Below, in pieces: positions 17,034-26,655 of a stretch of 64,000 bases of DNA. Below the pieces are notes generated by a model that saw only the letters and a program-made list of their open reading frames with translations, was not told where the DNA came from and made no database searches. The translations under genes and the position numbers were made by a program. The stretch covers positions 1 to 64,000 of the IMG/VR virus record IMGVR_UViG_3300027782_000027. One strand, written 5' to 3'. Each line of letters begins with the position of its first letter. Positions within the stretch are counted from its first letter, which is position 1.

Positions 17034-17687
17034 ATGAAAAAAGTTGTAAGACTAACCGAGTCTGATTTGGTTAAAATAGTTAAAAGAGTTATTAGTGAAC
17101 AGACACAACCAAAAAAATTTAGAATTGGTACAACAACTTACCAAATACAAAAGATAACACCTGTTGATAATATGTGGAATCAATTAGAGTATGTAAAAGT
17201 ACTATCTAATGGAATGATGGAAAAGAGATTAATTACGGGATTTGTTAAAAATGGTAATTCTAAATTTATTTATCAAACTAAAAATGATAAATCCCAAAAG
17301 ATGGGGCCATCTGATATCGAATTAGTTGTTGGACAAAATAAACCTGATAATAAACCACAGACTCAATCACAACCTACGGTTAGTCAAAAGGACATTAATG
17401 AACTTAAAAATTTTTATAAAAACTTAACGGATTATCTAAATGACTTTTCAGGAGAGTATAAAACAAAACCTGAGAATTCTACCGAAAGTAATAAAATAAA
17501 TTTTAAATTATTTAGTAGTGAAAACATAAATGTTGGAGGATTAGTTACTTTGTCTTCAGAGTCTGGTAAAATAAAAGTATTGTTTGGTGGTAGACCTATA
17601 TACGATACTGAGCCAAATGACCCAAGAGGTATTGTTTTAACATCTAAACGTTTAGTAAAAGAATTGTTTAAACAACAAAATTACTAA
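17034..17687 (+). CDS. MKKVVRLTESDL-leader protein
   Basis: shared leader. Confidence 0.8.
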   Translation: MKKVVRLTESDLVKIVKRVISEQTQPKKFRIGTTTYQIQKITPVDNMWNQLEYVKVLSNGMMEKRLITGFVKNGNSKFIYQTKNDKSQKMGPSDIELVVGQNKPDNKPQTQSQPTVSQKDINELKNFYKNLTDYLNDFSGEYKTKPENSTESNKINFKLFSSENINVGGLVTLSSESGKIKVLFGGRPIYDTEPNDPRGIVLTSKRLVKELFKQQNY

Positions 17688-17705
17688 ACCAATATTGAGT
17701 TATAC

Positions 17706-17733
17706 AACCCCATTCTTATGAGTGGGGTTTTTT
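17706..17733 (+). terminator. intrinsic terminator
   Basis: AACCCCATTC TTAT GAGTGGGGTT plus T run. Confidence 0.8.
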
Positions 17734-17768
17734 ATTTTATGATATATTTATATATAAATTAAAATATT

Positions 17769-18362
17769 ATGAAAAAAGTTGTAAGATTAACAGAATCAGA
17801 TTTAATTAGAATTGTTAAAAGAGTTATTAAAGAAGAAACTTCCCCAAAAGAAAAAGGAAAAGATTTATACACATTATTACATTCATTGAGGAATTCAATT
17901 AACGATGAAGATAAGAAAGAAGCGTTATCTAAACTTGAGGATGTATTTTCTATTGTTAGAGACATGGATGATAAAGATAAACCAAAACGTAAGGTTAATG
18001 AAAATAGACATGAAGAAAAAGATATTTTCATATCTAAAGGTTTTAAGGGAGTTAGAATGGAATTTGGAGGTGAATCGGCATCACCAAGTGATATTATTGA
18101 GTTATATAATGATTATGTTGAAGAGGGTACCCCGTTGGTGAAATATCTTGGACGTGATATCTTTTTGAATGTTAATGATGAGGAGGTTGATAAGTATATT
18201 GTTCTTGACGAATTGAACTATGCCATTCTTGGTGAAGAAGATGAAGAAGAAGATTATGATGATGAGGAAGAAGAGCAAGATGATGATAATAATCGTCAAA
18301 GCTTTGATGATACCGGTAGACATCTTGGATGGTTTAATCCCAAACGTTTGAATGATATGTAA
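17769..18362 (+). CDS. MKKVVRLTESDL-leader acidic protein
   Basis: shared leader; domain shared with 14242. Confidence 0.8.
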   Translation: MKKVVRLTESDLIRIVKRVIKEETSPKEKGKDLYTLLHSLRNSINDEDKKEALSKLEDVFSIVRDMDDKDKPKRKVNENRHEEKDIFISKGFKGVRMEFGGESASPSDIIELYNDYVEEGTPLVKYLGRDIFLNVNDEEVDKYIVLDELNYAILGEEDEEEDYDDEEEEQDDDNNRQSFDDTGRHLGWFNPKRLNDM

Positions 18363-18463
18363 AACAATATTTCTAAATAAAATTAAAACTCCTTATTTTT
18401 TAAGGAGTTTTTTATTTTTTAATATATTTATAGTAAACATAAAAAAAATAAAAATTAAACATT

Positions 18464-18661
18464 ATGAAAAAAATTAGATTATCAGAAAGAGAATTAACTA
18501 ATATTATTAAAAAAGTTATCCGCGAGGGTGTTTATATTACAATCCCAATAGAGGGTGAACATGACGGAGTAAAATATACAATACAATTCCCTGACGGTTC
18601 AGGAAACCCTGGAACTTTAACATACGGTGAGGAAACATATACTTTAACTGAATTAAAATAA
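18464..18661 (+). CDS. MKKIRLSEREL-leader small protein
   Basis: shared leader. Confidence 0.75.
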   Translation: MKKIRLSERELTNIIKKVIREGVYITIPIEGEHDGVKYTIQFPDGSGNPGTLTYGEETYTLTELK

Positions 18662-18668
18662 AATTATT

Positions 18669-19052
18669 ATGAGAAATATTGAGGCATATAAGAACAGATT
18701 TTATAACTTGATGGAATCAACTATTGGTAATGTAAAACCATTAATTAGTGAACAAGAGGAAACTGAACCACAAATTTTTGACAAAAATTATTTTATTACA
18801 AAAAAAACGGGCACATTATCTTTGAATGATAATAGTATAGTTAACAAAATAGATGATGTTGAATTAACAGATGCTGGAAGTCAATTCTATGATAGTTTTG
18901 AAAGACAAAATTTTGGTGGAAGAGGGAGCTCATCGGGAGACTACCAATGGTCATACGGGGATACCCTTGACATTGGAATTAACGGAGCTCCTGGACAACC
19001 AGGTATTTCGATAAGTCAAAATGGAACCGAATTAGGTACAATGATATTTTAA
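18669..19052 (+). CDS. MRNIE..RF.NLMES-leader protein
   Basis: leader shared with 20895. Confidence 0.75.
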   Translation: MRNIEAYKNRFYNLMESTIGNVKPLISEQEETEPQIFDKNYFITKKTGTLSLNDNSIVNKIDDVELTDAGSQFYDSFERQNFGGRGSSSGDYQWSYGDTLDIGINGAPGQPGISISQNGTELGTMIF

Positions 19053-19122
19053 AAAATATCAATACTATAGTACAACCCCTCCGATGTGAGGGTTTTTTTA
19101 TTTGGTATATATTTATTGTAAT

Positions 19123-19779
19123 ATGAAAAAGATTGTAAGATTAACTGAATCAGATTTGGTTAAAATAGTTAAAAGAGTTATAGAAGAAGAACAGTCGTTC
19201 TCAGATAAATTGAAGCAGAAGATGTTATTCTTTAAACCTTTAAAGTTAACGGATGATAGAAAACTGAAGTTGTTTGAGTTTGTTGTTGATTCTATTGATT
19301 CTGGTGATTTTAGTACAGATGCTCGTAGAACACATCAAAAGGATGTAAACCTTGTAATTTATTCTAAGGGTGAGATAGTCATTGATGGTATCAAGACAAC
19401 TGCAAGTGTTGTTGTGTTTAATGTTAGAAAAAATATGGATGTTGGTCGTATTCCATCTTCTGATGTTATTGTTCAGATTCCAAAACATACAAAGGGTTAT
19501 GGTGATATGGGTTTTATGGATGAAAATAACCCTCTGTTTCAGAAGTTTGTCGGGTTATGTAAAAATATATTTGAAACCGACAAAAAATTACATATGGAGT
19601 TGGAAAAAGCTCAAATTAATTTATCTCGTGTTTCACCACATAAGAAGAAAGAAGACGAACCAATTCCCCGTTATGGAGTTTATTATGATTTTGATGATGA
19701 TGATTACACCAACAATAATGGTTTTGGGGGATTTGGTGGAGGTAGTTTCGGAGGTGGTGGAGCTGGTAGTGATTTCTAA
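19123..19779 (+). CDS. MKKIVRLTESDL-leader protein with Gly-rich tail
   Basis: shared leader; C-terminus GFGGFGGGSFGGGGAGSDF. Confidence 0.8.
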   Translation: MKKIVRLTESDLVKIVKRVIEEEQSFSDKLKQKMLFFKPLKLTDDRKLKLFEFVVDSIDSGDFSTDARRTHQKDVNLVIYSKGEIVIDGIKTTASVVVFNVRKNMDVGRIPSSDVIVQIPKHTKGYGDMGFMDENNPLFQKFVGLCKNIFETDKKLHMELEKAQINLSRVSPHKKKEDEPIPRYGVYYDFDDDDYTNNNGFGGFGGGSFGGGGAGSDF

Positions 19780-19794
19780 AGTATTTATTGTAAT

Positions 19795-20502
19795 ATGAAA
19801 AAGATTGTAAGATTAACTGAATCTGATTTGACAAGAATTGTTAAACGTATTATTCGTGAAAACGAGGAACAACAAATAACTGACGAGGTAACCAATATAA
19901 TTCTTAATAACATATCAAAAGAAGATTTATTAACTCTTGGGAAACTATACAACTCTATTGGGGAAGATGAATTTAAAGACGTTGTCGAAGATGTTGTTGA
20001 TAGTGTTATTGAAGGTGATACGGTTAGTGAATCAATAGGTTTTTCTAGAAGGGGTATTACTGTTGACACTCAATCTGAAAAAGATAAACTTGATGTTGCA
20101 AAAATAATCACACGATTTGCAACTACAGTACTGTCGTTACTGACAGGAGCGGTTACTATTAATACCTTGAATCCACAACACCAAGACATTGATAGTGCGA
20201 TGGTTGCCGGTATAATTACCGCAGCATTAGTAGGAACAAATCTATTAACAAGAATCCCACATAAAATTGGTACTAAACCGTTATCTAAAAAATTAAAAAA
20301 TTCAAGAATGGTTGGATTGGTTGACTCTAAATTGAACAATTTTGATAACCCAAAAAACACATTAATTGATGATGCAATTGAACATTTAATGGATAGTGGA
20401 ATTCCTGAAACAGTTACAAGACAATTTATTGAGGATTGGGAAGAAACAAATAATATTAAATTTAAAAGACCTCCTGAAAAAAGGGTAAAAAGGGCTAAAT
20501 AA
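19795..20502 (+). CDS. MKKIVRLTESDL-leader protein with two hydrophobic segments
   Basis: shared leader. Confidence 0.8.
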   Translation: MKKIVRLTESDLTRIVKRIIRENEEQQITDEVTNIILNNISKEDLLTLGKLYNSIGEDEFKDVVEDVVDSVIEGDTVSESIGFSRRGITVDTQSEKDKLDVAKIITRFATTVLSLLTGAVTINTLNPQHQDIDSAMVAGIITAALVGTNLLTRIPHKIGTKPLSKKLKNSRMVGLVDSKLNNFDNPKNTLIDDAIEHLMDSGIPETVTRQFIEDWEETNNIKFKRPPEKRVKRAK

Positions 20503-20515
20503 CATTAGTTTGAAA

Positions 20516-20827
20516 ATGAAATATATTATCACCGAGTCTCAAGAGATGTCAATTAGAAAAGTTAATTTCTTTAAAGAATATCTTGAGAACCTATTATCTA
20601 AATACGAATGGTTTAATGGTGATGTCTCGATAGAAACAAAAAATTGGAAAGTTAAAGATAAGACATATCCTGTATATCAAATTATACTAAATACAGGTGG
20701 TCGTAGTTATCACGCTTATGACGAGGGTTCAGAGATTGATGATAATATTGACACTATGTTTAAATTATTATTCCCTAAAGACAAGAACGGAGATTCTACT
20801 GCGGTGTGGGATGTTATTTTTATATAA
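20516..20827 (+). CDS. MKYIITE-leader protein
   Basis: paralog of 13944-14216. Confidence 0.8.
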   Translation: MKYIITESQEMSIRKVNFFKEYLENLLSKYEWFNGDVSIETKNWKVKDKTYPVYQIILNTGGRSYHAYDEGSEIDDNIDTMFKLLFPKDKNGDSTAVWDVIFI

Positions 20828-20894
20828 AATATTTTTTCCCGTTGTTCCAATCCTCCCTACCCCCCTTTTTATTTTCTGATGTATTTATAGTATT

Positions 20895-21677
20895 ATGAGA
20901 AACATAGAACAATATAGAAAAAGATTTTTTAATTTAATGGAATCAACCATTGGTGATGTTAAACCATTGATTAATGAAATTTTCGAGACGGATACAAATG
21001 GAACTTTAAACTATCCTGATGGTACATACACCGGAGACTATCATGCTAAACCTTTCAATCAACCTGTACGACGTGGTTATGGAATTATGAAATGGAATAA
21101 TGGTAATATATACACCGGTAATTGGGGTAATAATACGATGGATGGTTATGGAACTTTTATATATGCTAATGGTCAAAAATATATAGGGGATTTTAAAGAA
21201 GGGACTTTCAGTGGTTATGGAAGTATGACATGGCCTGATGGTCAAAAATATGTGGGATATTTCGAAAATGATTATGCCAATGGTTATGGTTCTTATACAG
21301 AAAAAAACGGAACTATTTACAAGGGAATGTGGAAAGACTTTGAGTTAGTAAATCCTGACATTGTTGAAAGTGAAGTATCGAGTACTGAATGTAATACTTT
21401 AAAGGCGGAAGCCGATAAACAAACATTATATAATCCGACTAATCTTAGTTCAGGTAAATTATCTATTGGTTTAAAAAATCAAGGACCTCTTGTAAAATAT
21501 GTTCAGTGTTTATTAAATGGAAAAAACAAAGAATTAAGTCTTGGTCTAACTGACCTTACAGTTGATGGTATTTTTGGAAATAATACAAAGAAAATGGTTA
21601 GAAAATTTCAAGAAAAGACTGGAGGATTAGGTAATGATGGTGTCGTTGGTAAAAATACATTTTTGAAATTGGTTTAA
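20895..21677 (+). CDS. MORN-repeat protein with C-terminal peptidoglycan-binding domain
   Basis: Y.G.(F/W)....(D/N)GYG repeats; VKYVQ.LL...VDGIFG..T...V..FQ...DGVVG..T (PG_binding_1-like). Confidence 0.85.
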   Translation: MRNIEQYRKRFFNLMESTIGDVKPLINEIFETDTNGTLNYPDGTYTGDYHAKPFNQPVRRGYGIMKWNNGNIYTGNWGNNTMDGYGTFIYANGQKYIGDFKEGTFSGYGSMTWPDGQKYVGYFENDYANGYGSYTEKNGTIYKGMWKDFELVNPDIVESEVSSTECNTLKAEADKQTLYNPTNLSSGKLSIGLKNQGPLVKYVQCLLNGKNKELSLGLTDLTVDGIFGNNTKKMVRKFQEKTGGLGNDGVVGKNTFLKLV

Positions 21678-21678
21678 T

Positions 21679-21990
21679 ATGAAGTATATCATTACCGAGA
21701 GTAAGTTAAATGAGGTTATTAAGAAGTACATGGAGGCCACCTATGGTGATGTTGAAATGAACATTGACAAAGATGATGGATATATTCATTTCTTTAGTAG
21801 GAAAGACTTTGATAGTGATGGTTACCCTGTAAGAATTGCCCACAGAAATAATCACGGGACATTATGGATTGATTATTCTTTTTTTGAAAAGATGCGTGTT
21901 TTATTTGGAAATTCAGTGGGTGAAGGTATTGAAAAATATTATTCCGATAAGTTTGGAATAGAAATTAAGAGAATTAACATGGAGTTTTAG
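21679..21990 (+). CDS. MKYIITE-leader protein
   Basis: shared leader. Confidence 0.8.
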   Translation: MKYIITESKLNEVIKKYMEATYGDVEMNIDKDDGYIHFFSRKDFDSDGYPVRIAHRNNHGTLWIDYSFFEKMRVLFGNSVGEGIEKYYSDKFGIEIKRINMEF

Positions 21991-22023
21991 TATTTTATCA
22001 AAAACTTTTTATATATTTGTTCT

Positions 22024-22527
22024 ATGGATTTATCTAATTATACAATAGAACAACTTGTTGAATTGAAAGACAAGATTAGTAGTCAAATTTATTCTTTTGA
22101 AGATGGATATTTTTATATCTGTAAAATTAATTCTTATGGAAGAAGTTGGGAAGATAAAGGTATAACAAACCCATATACTCTTCAAGAGTTATGTAATCAG
22201 TATGATGGTGATGAGGGTATTCTTAATGTTTATACAAACAACCCTGATTTGAATATTTATAACTATGGTGACGTTAAATTCGTTCCCACACGTGAGGACT
22301 ACGAGAAGTGGTATAAATATTCATATGTAAAACGACAAATCCCTAATATAGAAAAAGAATTGGAGGAGTGGAAAACCCGTGATGAGGTTCCATTTAATCG
22401 TCGTCCATTATTTGCTCCCATCTATTCAGTTGAGACTGTTGAGGAGTATAAAAAAGAAATGTCTGAACTTGAGGGAACATTTGTGGAACCTGTTAATATT
22501 GAGAGACATTTTGATGGAGAGGAATAA
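22024..22527 (+). CDS. hypothetical early protein
   Basis: TATATTTG just upstream. Confidence 0.75.
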   Translation: MDLSNYTIEQLVELKDKISSQIYSFEDGYFYICKINSYGRSWEDKGITNPYTLQELCNQYDGDEGILNVYTNNPDLNIYNYGDVKFVPTREDYEKWYKYSYVKRQIPNIEKELEEWKTRDEVPFNRRPLFAPIYSVETVEEYKKEMSELEGTFVEPVNIERHFDGEE

Positions 22528-22584
22528 TTTTTATACCCCATTCATCTGAGTGGGGTTTTTTGTTTTATAATGTATTTATCTTAT

Positions 22585-23094
22585 ATGTCTGATAATTTTT
22601 CACAAAAAGTAATTAGTTTAATAGATAAGGGAGGGTCTGTTTTGGATATTGCCAAGTTTTTCGGTGGGTTAGAACAATTCATTCAAAAAGTTTCCCAATA
22701 TCCATATTTAAAAGCATTGGTTGATTCAAAGTTAGGAGGTAATATTGAGTTCTATCTTGACGATTTGTCCAAAAGGTACCGACTTCCTGTTCAAATAAAA
22801 GCTGTTGAAGAGGCAGATGACTACTTTGGAGAAATGTATGACGTTTATGTTGATGTAATAATACCTGAAGTTACTGATGAAGTTGATATTGCAATCTTAT
22901 ATAATTATTTGAAAATGTATGAGGATGATACTGCGGATGAATGGGCATTACTTAACGATAAAAAACTTAATTCAGGTATGACAATGGTACATATTCTATC
23001 AATCAATGGTATTGATTGGAGAGATATGAAACGAGTGATTAATACGACAGAAGAAGACGTTGAAGAAATAATCCCTGACGAATACGAAATATAA
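22585..23094 (+). CDS. hypothetical acidic protein
   Basis: ORF; start after TATTTAT motif. Confidence 0.7.
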   Translation: MSDNFSQKVISLIDKGGSVLDIAKFFGGLEQFIQKVSQYPYLKALVDSKLGGNIEFYLDDLSKRYRLPVQIKAVEEADDYFGEMYDVYVDVIIPEVTDEVDIAILYNYLKMYEDDTADEWALLNDKKLNSGMTMVHILSINGIDWRDMKRVINTTEEDVEEIIPDEYEI

Positions 23095-23097
23095 TAT

Positions 23098-23802
23098 ATG
23101 AGTAATTTACGTCCCAAATACAAAGCGTTTTCTAAAGTAATGTCCGTCTATTTTAAGTCAAAAGAGATTTACGGATTAATAATTTATCATGATAACGAAT
23201 ATACTGGAGTTTATTTGGATAATGAACTAGTTAAGGTCCCAATCTTAAAGATAAAAAATCCAAATAACATTCCGTTTTCATACAATGCACTCAGCTCTTT
23301 ACTTGATGATGAATTAGATACTGTTGGAAATTTTGCCAATGTATCAATTAAATCATATCAACGTCCATCACTTATAGTATTAAATGATTTCAATAAAGGA
23401 GAGTTTTATATTCCTAAAGAAAATGAAAAAAAATTAAGGAAATGTTTAAATACAGATACCGTTGAGATAAAATACAGAGATAATAACAGCATAATATATA
23501 CAATATATGGAAAATATATTGTTGATGATAACTTTGAAATGTATTGGGAAAGTAGTGAATCTTTTAGAATAGACATCACTTTTGAAATTGAAAAAATATT
23601 TGTTGATGACCTTGTTAGAAAGGTTCATCATTTTATGAAAAACTATGATGAAATGGTTCACTTGGTTTATGATATAAAGTATGATAATGATGAATTGTTT
23701 GAAAACCCTGTATGGGATTGTATTATAGAAAATTTGGGTCAATATAAAACAATGATAAACAGAGACTGGCAATATGTTGATGTAAACATTATCGTTGCGT
23801 AA
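23098..23802 (+). CDS. hypothetical protein
   Basis: 234-aa ORF. Confidence 0.75.
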   Translation: MSNLRPKYKAFSKVMSVYFKSKEIYGLIIYHDNEYTGVYLDNELVKVPILKIKNPNNIPFSYNALSSLLDDELDTVGNFANVSIKSYQRPSLIVLNDFNKGEFYIPKENEKKLRKCLNTDTVEIKYRDNNSIIYTIYGKYIVDDNFEMYWESSESFRIDITFEIEKIFVDDLVRKVHHFMKNYDEMVHLVYDIKYDNDELFENPVWDCIIENLGQYKTMINRDWQYVDVNIIVA

Positions 23803-23816
23803 GGTATATATAATAT

Positions 23817-24164
23817 ATGAAGTACATCATAGACCAAAAACAATTAGAAAAGACAAAAAATTTAATTCAGGGATTAATTAATTCTAAATTAGATAGTTTA
23901 AGAGAAGAATCTGAAGAATGGGGAATGGGTGAGATGGATGAATTACACGAAGTTGAATCTGTTGATAAGATTGAGGTTGTTGATATTGTAATGTCAGGTA
24001 AGATAAAAGTTCTTATTAATATTTATAGAACTCAGTTAAGAGATGATTTTGATAATATTAGGGCGGAAATTCAATATAGATTAGAAGATTTGTTACCCAA
24101 TATTGAATTATACATAAACGATATTATTGATGAAAGGAAATTTGGTCCTGGAATTGATTGGTAA
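23817..24164 (+). CDS. MKYII-leader protein
   Basis: variant leader. Confidence 0.75.
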   Translation: MKYIIDQKQLEKTKNLIQGLINSKLDSLREESEEWGMGEMDELHEVESVDKIEVVDIVMSGKIKVLINIYRTQLRDDFDNIRAEIQYRLEDLLPNIELYINDIIDERKFGPGIDW

Positions 24165-24203
24165 TTTTTAAAATAAGTCAGATATTTATAAATAAAAAAC
24201 ACA

Positions 24204-24500
24204 ATGAAAAAAATTATTAGATTAACTGAATCAGATTTAACTCAAATTATTAAAAGAGTTATAAAAGAACAAACGTCTTCTAACGGTCCAATACAAGGAG
24301 ATAATGCCATAAAAATCACAATAAAAGGTAACGAAAAAAAAGTAACACTAAAAGGTGGGTATCAAACTAAAATTACTGACCATAATTATGGTAACGTAGA
24401 AGTAACTAATGCTATCCCTCAATCAGGTAAATACATTAAGTTTGTTTTTAATGGTTACACTTACACTTGTAATGGAACACAAACTTGTGTTAAAGGTTAA
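24204..24500 (+). CDS. MKKIIRLTESDL-leader protein
   Basis: shared leader. Confidence 0.8.
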   Translation: MKKIIRLTESDLTQIIKRVIKEQTSSNGPIQGDNAIKITIKGNEKKVTLKGGYQTKITDHNYGNVEVTNAIPQSGKYIKFVFNGYTYTCNGTQTCVKG

Positions 24501-24558
24501 TTAAAAAAACCAATAATTGAATTTTTTCACTATATTTGTAATCTAAAATAAAAACACT

Positions 24559-24657
24559 ATGACACTAAACAATTTCCCCGATGAAGACTATTACGACCAA
24601 GAAGTTTATGATGATGGAGAATTGTTAGATGACTGTGATGATTATTGCGGAAGTTGA
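24559..24657 (+). CDS. 32-aa highly acidic peptide (not in the ORF track)
   Basis: MTLNNFPDEDYYDQEVYDDGELLDDCDDYCGS; TATATTTG upstream. Confidence 0.5.
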   Translation: MTLNNFPDEDYYDQEVYDDGELLDDCDDYCGS

Positions 24658-24688
24658 TTATATTTATATAGTATAAAAACTTATAATT

Positions 24689-24844
24689 ATGAAATTCAAC
24701 AACTTTTGGTTAAAATTACAGGAAATTGATGAAATCAATATCACTGTTAAAGTCTTAGCATTTACAATTCTTTCAATTGAATTGGATTGGTCAGCAAAAA
24801 AAGTTTCTTTTACTGTATTGAACTTTAATTGGTCAAACAAGTAA
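24689..24844 (+). CDS. 51-aa hypothetical protein (not in the ORF track)
   Basis: MKFNNFWLKLQEIDEINITV...; TATTTAT upstream, terminator downstream. Confidence 0.55.
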   Translation: MKFNNFWLKLQEIDEINITVKVLAFTILSIELDWSAKKVSFTVLNFNWSNK

Positions 24845-24902
24845 TTTTAAACCCCTTGTAAAAAGGGGTTTATTTTTTTAAATTTATTTTTATTTTTATT
24901 TT

Positions 24903-25091
24903 ATGACACAAGAACAAAAATCACAATTGTATAGTAATCTATTATTACAACATACTCGTTTAGATAATCAAATTAATGAGATTAAGGCAGAACATTTTGA
25001 GATGAATGATGAACAGATGGGTAGAATTCGTGTATTACAGTCTAAACAAGGACAACTTGTTGGTCAGATGCAACAGTTGATGCAGGGTTAA
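24903..25091 (+). CDS. small Gln-rich coiled-coil protein
   Basis: 62-aa ORF. Confidence 0.65.
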   Translation: MTQEQKSQLYSNLLLQHTRLDNQINEIKAEHFEMNDEQMGRIRVLQSKQGQLVGQMQQLMQG

Positions 25092-25575
25092 ACCATTCAG
25101 GAATATCTTTATTTTTCCATTTAGCAAAATCTTTCTTAGCTCCGTTATAATAGTTTCTATATGATTCTATAACGTCTGTTACTTTGTATTTATCGGGCAT
25201 TGCTTTTGGCGGTTCTGTAAAACCTTTGTCATGAATGTTTAATTTATTTGTTAAACACCATTCAATCACATCCTGTGATTTATGACGTTTTCCGTATCTA
25301 TAAGTGTATTCCTTACATAACTCAAGTCCTAAGTCACATAGATAAAGATAGTTTGATAATGACTCTCTAACCCATATTGAACAAGGGTGGTTTTTGTGTG
25401 ATAACTTATACGGTACTTGGGCGGTACTTGGGCGGTACTTGGTGGGTGCTTGGTGGGTCACATGGTGGGCTCCACATAATAGTTGTGCAGTCTCAAGTAT
25501 CATCTTAACCACGTGTTTATCACAATGGTATTCTGCGCATTTTTTTGTGTTCCAGTCTAAAAAGAAAATATTCAT
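25042..25575 (-). CDS. pyrimidine dimer DNA glycosylase (denV-like) family protein
   Basis: MNIFFLD...HCDKHVVKMILETAQLL...HKNHPCSIW...YR.YY motifs; start moved to 25575. Confidence 0.8.
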   Translation of the reverse strand: MNIFFLDWNTKKCAEYHCDKHVVKMILETAQLLCGAHHVTHQAPTKYRPSTAQVPYKLSHKNHPCSIWVRESLSNYLYLCDLGLELCKEYTYRYGKRHKSQDVIEWCLTNKLNIHDKGFTEPPKAMPDKYKVTDVIESYRNYYNGAKKDFAKWKNKDIPEWFNPASTVASDQQVVLV

Positions 25576-25642
25576 AATGTAAAAATAGTTATTTTTTTTC
25601 ATTGTTTGATATATTTATAGTAATAAAATTAAAATTAAAATT

Positions 25643-26254
25643 ATGAAAAGATTAGTTATAACCGAATCTGAAAAACAAAGAATTTTGGGAATGCACCAAA
25701 CTGCCGCAAAAAAATTAAACTTATTAGAACAAACAGGAAATCAAACTCTTGATAGAATACTACAACAAAATAACGATGCTGCTTGGAGATTCATTGATGG
25801 TGTTACCGCAGCTGAAAAGGCGGGTACGCTTGGAACTGTTGATGAAGAGGCAATTGCTAACTTAGTTTATGGTATTAAAACAGTTGACTTATATATTGCT
25901 ATATTGTGGAATGTTAGAAATAATGTCAAAGATAATTATTGTGATGTTACTAGCTTCTCAGTTAAAACTATGTTTAGAGGTGAAGCCGGTGCAGCATCCG
26001 ATGTTCCATACTATGTAGACCCTATTAATAAACAGTTAAGAGGATTATGTACTTCCGCGGAAAAATCTTATGGTGGTGAGAATGGTAAACCTGAAAAAGG
26101 TGGATTTGAATTTACGTGTCGTGAAACGGCTGTTTATACTTCACTTCCTGCTGGTTGTAAAGGAAGTTTTAAAGTTGGTGCAACTAAATCGATTAATAGT
26201 GGTGGATTAAATAAGGTGTTTAATCTTATAGGTGACGGAGGAATTAATCCTTAA
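25643..26254 (+). CDS. hypothetical protein with ITESEKQRILGMH leader
   Basis: leader similar to 34130. Confidence 0.75.
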   Translation: MKRLVITESEKQRILGMHQTAAKKLNLLEQTGNQTLDRILQQNNDAAWRFIDGVTAAEKAGTLGTVDEEAIANLVYGIKTVDLYIAILWNVRNNVKDNYCDVTSFSVKTMFRGEAGAASDVPYYVDPINKQLRGLCTSAEKSYGGENGKPEKGGFEFTCRETAVYTSLPAGCKGSFKVGATKSINSGGLNKVFNLIGDGGINP

Positions 26255-26291
26255 ATATGAATTGAATCTGTAGTTAATATACTTTTTAAAT

Positions 26292-26324
26292 AAAAAAGGA
26301 GGGATAGTTAAATCCCTCCTTTTT
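26292..26324. terminator. bidirectional intrinsic terminator
   Basis: AAAAAAGGAGGGAT...ATCCCTCCTTTTT between convergent genes. Confidence 0.8.
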
Positions 26325-26524
26325 TATTTGATAACATTTTTTGTTGAACGGTAAATAGTAATCATCACACTTGGAACAACCAAGAAAATAAGAGTTAGTT
26401 TATTTAACGCTGAGATTAAATTTACAGTATTAATGAATTGAACTGGACATCCCGTACCTAAGAAGTTAACTAACAATGTAGAGATGATGAAGAGGGTTAC
26501 GATTACGAAGGTGAATTTTTTCAT
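26324..26524 (-). CDS. small two-TM membrane protein
   Basis: hydrophobic; TATATTTG upstream. Confidence 0.65.
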   Translation of the reverse strand: MKKFTFVIVTLFIISTLLVNFLGTGCPVQFINTVNLISALNKLTLIFLVVPSVMITIYRSTKNVIK

Positions 26525-26655
26525 TTTGTTGTAAGTATTAGAGGGTTATTGTTTGATTATCTTCTACAAATATACACATGTTTTTTGATTATACAAATTT
26601 ATTTTAAAAAAAAATCCCACAAAAGTGGGAAATTTTTAAAATAAATGAAATTGTA

